Assembly (NCBI GenBank): GCA_976226885.1
Contig: OZ320318.1
Location: 78,306,001-78,370,000, forward strand
Direction of reading: 5' to 3'
DNA from: Iphione sp. A-MEVVRFRX5
Taxonomy: Eukaryota
DNA length: 64,000 nucleotides
In this document: positions 59,200 through 64,000 of the stretch, one piece after another
Position numbering within the stretch: the first letter of the stretch is position 1
Layout: each line of letters opens with the position of its first letter
The notes under the pieces: generated by a model
What the model saw: the letters and a program-made list of their open reading frames with translations, nothing else
Told to the model about the DNA's origin: nothing
The model's database searches: none
Made by a program: the position numbers and the translations under genes

Positions 59200-59590
59200 T
59201 GAGTGTATTTATGACGTACTAATGAATACATCTGTGAGGTATCATTGTGAAATATACGAGTGAGACATTTCTGTGAAATATTTCTATGAAATATTACTTC
59301 AAAGCATATCTATAAGCTATTACTGAATGTACGTGTGAGGTATTATTATCGAGTGTATCTATGAAATATATGTACGTGCATGTGGGTATTACTATTGGTT
59401 TGACTATGCATGTAATTACTCTTATGAGTATCAATGGGGTTTTTATGTTAAATATGACTACGAGACTTTTAAGTATAACAAGGATGTATTACTTTTAAGT
59501 ATATCTATGGGGTATTGCTGTCAAGTGTATCTATGAGATACATTAGTGGTGGGCGTATCTCTGAGGGTATCTATTAGAAATTACCTTTGG
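59200..59590 (+). repeat. Degenerate AT-rich minisatellite (~26-bp core)
   Basis: Recurring GTATCTATGA(G/A).TATTACT-like motif; period estimated by eye. Confidence 0.5.
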
Positions 59591-62500
59591 ACCTGAGTGT
59601 TGTAATATAGTTCAAGTAACTAAGGAATGCATCACCACTTCCAGCCCCAAAGATACTTACACACGAACAGACACATAAGCAGACACAATGGCTACACATA
59701 GCTGCAGGCGGAAAAGGCTAGGGGGACGACAGGGCAAGCGCTCATATTGTCAAAGCCACTAAGACCACAGTGCTTTGTTTTCATTCCATCAGCTTGCGGG
59801 AGAAGCGCCAGGCCGGCCACTGCGCTGACTCCCAGGGATTTGCTGCTCATCGCTGTATTATCGGTGCACGGCATTTGCAGTTTGGGGCTCTGGCAGTGGT
59901 CGTCTTCAAGCTCGATGGCGGTGATTTACTATGGCGGGCGTTGGTAGATGGTAGTCCCCTGGCCGGCCCTTTTGTGGTAGTGATTGGATGCTGTAGAAGA
60001 TGGAGTCTACGATCACTACAATGACAACGCTGGCTTTTCCTACACTGCCGCTCCAACTCCCTCCCGGCCCTTCCTGCTTCTCTTCATGTGCGGTAACACC
60101 CTCCATTCGCCTGACATGTATGGTAGGGGGGAGACTTTGCAGGAGTTGTACTGTCCGGGCGAAAACTGCACCATCATGTAATGAATCCATTAGCTGTGAT
60201 CATGAGAGGGAAATTCGCTGTTCTCTGATATCGATGTATATGAAAAGAGTGGTTAATCTGCCTAGCACCCACATACCGAAAAGAGTGGACTAACAGAGCG
60301 TATCCAGTAAAACGCGGCTGATCCTATAATATTCTTAAGTCAGAATTGTGTATTCAAAAGACGCTTACGATTTCTTCCCCAAACGGTAGAATTGGCTAAT
60401 AGGAGCACAGTATTAATCTCTCAGGCCCGTCCCCCAAACCAGTGTTCGCGAGACGAGCTTAGTCTGTTGAGAATGGCCGACTTCTGTATAATAATCAGAC
60501 CCTTCCTATAGATACCGCTCTGGTCTTTCTTTGAGCAGTAGGAAAGGGATCTTCGGGATCTAACGCCGATTTATGATATCTCGATGATGTGGTGCTGACA
60601 ATCTAGTCTTCAATTCATATCCAAACAATATATCTGCGTTATCTCTAACAGCAGTGGGCAAGAATGTCTGCGTCGAAACTGTGACAAGAATCCAGCCTTT
60701 TTTTATTTAACCCACAAGTGGCCAGTGAAAGCAATTAAAACATTCCTGGTAGAACGCGAAGGGAACTGTGCGGTACCCATTGTCCCCACCACAAACATCG
60801 CTTTACAACGACGTCCCTTCAATCTAATCTGATAAACGGCAATTATTCCGTGACAACAGTGCTCAAGCCCTGGTCCACGCCGATGTGGAATATGAGTGGG
60901 ACTGAGCGGCGAAGCAGGCTTCGTGTCAATGTCTTCTCACCATTGTTCCCTGACGTGTTTACCATCGATTTGATCAGTACTTCTTCTTGAACTGATGACT
61001 GTCATTACCACTCGCTGTGTCTTCATGCCCCCTTTTATTGTTCTGCCCCAGCGGTTGGTGCAGGCCGTGGTAAACTGTAATTTGATTCTACCGGTCCTGA
61101 ATGCAGTTACAGATTGTATCTGATTTGATGAGACGAATTCCCTGATTATTCCTCTCATTATCAGGCCGAACAGTGTTGTTTCAGTTGCCTTGATTTTTTT
61201 TTCAAATCAGATACTGTGTTGATAATATTTCTGTGGTTTTCCATTGTGTAAATAAGATTCTTGAAGCTATTCTGATTGAGATGATATTAAATCTTTAGTT
61301 CAGGAATTTAAATAGAAATCAAATTGTAATTTTTCATTTCTGCCAGCCATTTTAGCGTCTTGTATGTGAAGTATCACCATTTCAGTCATAATTTACAGTG
61401 GTAAACTTCTATACGGAGCATTAAGTCTACCCAGGGGAAGTATTGTATTCACATCCACGGTATTTTTCTTATGGGTTAGTCTTTGAAGTGGCTTTGATTT
61501 CTGAACCTTAATACATGTACTATTGCGGTAAAGTGAATCAATGGCCAGACTTGTCTTAGACAAAGCCTCAGAGCGTTGTAGGTATAGACCTCATCACTCT
61601 CTGTGTCCTAGCATCCTTCACTGGAATAGGACCGACACCGGTGACACTGGCCCCGCCCGAGCGTCTACCACAGCTCTAGATCCTATGAGGCATGGCGCTC
61701 TCCATGGCAGAGGTCTGGTCCTGATCTGATATAACCCCATGTGCCGGACACCTCCTGAACAACCCCCAACCCTCTGACAGCGAGAGATACCCCGTATCCT
61801 CTCTAACATGCACATATCTGTACCTGAACTGACTCTCATTCCTAAACTCCACATGCAACCATAGGCCATACCTACCGAGTCGAATATTCCCTTCATAGTA
61901 TTTCTTTTTCTCCCTTATCTATCATTCTTGTCCTAGCTCTCATAATCTCCCCTCAGCACCTTTCCTTACCTCTGTCCAGGTGTCTCCCATCAATCCTTTC
62001 TATGCTCTGTCTCAATCTGTCCAAAGTACTCTTCCTATTCTTTGCCCCAGACCCAACTAGTCTCTCTATCATCTGTCCTAGCCCCTTATAGCTACTCTCA
62101 CTCTGTTCTGTGTCCCACCTCATCCAATCCACCATTTCTAACCTATGTGCCATCGCCTATTTAGATCCTCTCTGCCTTCCTGGGCGCCCTCTCTGTTCCT
62201 TATCCCAGCTCCGTCCAGATAAACTCTCTCAAATTTCCCATCTCCTCTCGAGTATACACTCTTTTTTCTGTCACATCCCCTTCTAGTAATCCTCTTTGTT
62301 TTCTGTTTCATCTTCAGTTAATGACTCTCTCTATCCTCTATCCAGGCTCCTCCGAGGAATCTTCTCTCTCCTCTACCTCATCCCCCCAGACGTACTCCTT
62401 CTTTGCCTTCCGCTTCATCTCCAACTGGGCATTCTGTCTCTCCTCTGTGTCAACTCCCTTCTCTGTATTTGAGACCGATGATCCACTGCTATTGGAATGC

Positions 62501-63168
62501 AATGATGAATCGAGCAGAGGGTCAACACCGAACGGTCTATGCATATCTACGGGTTCAAAAAATGTCCCCCGAGACCTCGACGGACATCCCCGCACCAATG
62601 AGAACTACATTTATGCGATGCCGTTTCAGCCACAAACCAAGAAGGCAATGGCACCGTGTATGAATCTGGAACAAACGCACGTTCTGGTAGATATGGTAAA
62701 TGATGAAAAGGGAAGGAAGCAAGGACAGATGGACAGATAGACAGACAGGCAGACATTCAGACATTCCGGGAGCCATGATTCTGGAGAGGCTGTAATGTAG
62801 TCGAAGGTCTTATAAATCATAATAAATAAACGCAATACGGGTTAATGTCAAGAACTTGCGTTTCCACCTTTATTGCAATCCCTTTTAGATCAATATTAAA
62901 ACATGTACGAACACCATGTACTCGTAAATGATGTTTATGTTTAGAGTTCGCTCGATTATTTCATAAGTAGGATCGATTTTACTTTCTGTTAGTGTATAGA
63001 GCCTGGGAAACTCCAATGAGTTAGCGGTCGGCATGCCTCCCACGAACAGGCCATACAACAGCGGCGTCTAATCAGACCTTATACACAGGCCTCCTCTTTA
63101 GTTGCTCCCAGCCGACTGCGTATCACAGCAAATAGCAGCCTACAATCAGAATACTCCATCTCCTACTG

Positions 63169-63240
63169 CCCTCCCTCTCTCCCTCCCTCCCTCCCTCCCT
63201 CCCTCCCTCCCTCCCTCCCTCCCTCCCTCCCTCCCTCTCC
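63169..63240 (+). repeat. (CCCT)n tetranucleotide repeat (G4-capable GGGA on - strand)
   Basis: Read directly. Confidence 0.95.
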
Positions 63241-64000
63241 ATTGATCGTATCTAACTCCCCACGCTTGGGAGGTAGGGACGTTATAATAACCCAGATAAC
63301 GACTATCATCTGCACGATAAACGATCGGCTATCCTTTTTTTTTAACAATCGAAACAGAGCGATTACCACTACAGGAAGCAATCGTTCCTATAATGACGGT
63401 CGTCTGCGTGGTTAATGAAACTGTTAGTATACTATAGAATTTACACTTTCTTAGTGTACAGCATTGTCTACCAGTCCGACCCGGACCGCTCGCTCGTTGC
63501 CTACAGCATGTCCTGCGATCGACTCCTTTCAAGCCAATTGCCTCAGCAGATCTCTGGCAGGGCCCTCTTCAAGAGGTGCCATCCGGTCCAGCAGTTAGCA
63601 GGGACCGGGAGGTAACGTGGGAGCTTCAGGCGTAGAAGGCGTTAAGAAAGACAAGAGCCGCAGATAGTACCTTAGGGTCTGGCGTCTAGCCTGGCGTTGC
63701 GGTTAAAGGAAATGCAACGTTCTCGTCCTACAGCTTCCTATGAACAAGAACCCTGCGGGAACCCGCGGTTGATACGGTGCCTGGGAGGGTCCACGGTTGT
63801 TTTGAATAGGCGCCTTTTCTTTTCTCTTCGGAGGGTTTGTGTTGTGCTGTAATTAGATCGTGTTCGGTTCTATAAGGTCTTCATCTTCAAACAGGATATT
63901 TCTCCTGTGTGGGTTGGTCTTGAAAGTGGGTTTCACACTGTAATTCGATTGCCTCATACAACATACAGAAAGTAGGCCATTGGTTGCAATATGATATCTC

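Noticed and set aside
59770-60293. Cluster of overlapping GC-rich ORFs with faint KDZ-transposase-like words (GARH...G)
   Set aside because: Several frames open on both strands as expected for a GC-rich patch; catalytic motifs not convincing.
60937-61158. IKLQFTTAC..N resembling a gypsy integrase core
   Set aside because: DDE residues and upstream HHCC not recoverable; surrounding frames are full of stops.
1-64000. CRISPR arrays, rRNA, tRNA and prokaryotic operons
   Set aside because: The tandem repeats lack unique spacers, no rRNA or tRNA signatures were seen, and the sequence is eukaryotic in character.

Overview
This is eukaryotic (invertebrate animal-like), mostly non-coding DNA with little CpG depletion, many micro- and minisatellites, and one assembly gap (21925-22066). 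The one clearly recognisable protein-coding unit is a ~6 kb, + strand, CR1/L2-group non-LTR retrotransposon (about 28985-34963) with an unusual three-part layout. (1) ORF1 (554 aa) has a disordered S/T-P-rich N-terminus, a coiled coil, an L1-ORF1p-type RRM/CTD and a C-terminal NADAR (YbiA-like) domain. (2) After a 764-bp spacer there is a stand-alone SGNH esterase ORF (216 aa) with its catalytic motifs intact. (3) ORF2 (APE endonuclease + reverse transcriptase) is split by a frameshift that appears to come from an internal deletion, and is followed by AATAAA and a TTTGAA-repeat tail. The ORF1p-NADAR fusion together with a separate esterase is the strongest candidate for an undescribed system: a LINE that may carry its own ADP-ribose-removing or ADP-ribose-binding module. 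Elsewhere there are CpG-rich promoter-like motif clusters (NRF1/YY1/E-box/CTCF), a probable MITE, and several decayed, unidentifiable gene-like fragments. Some of these only read through if 29-36 nt GT-AG micro-introns are spliced out. No host gene could be named. All family assignments come from motifs recognised by eye; no database search was run.
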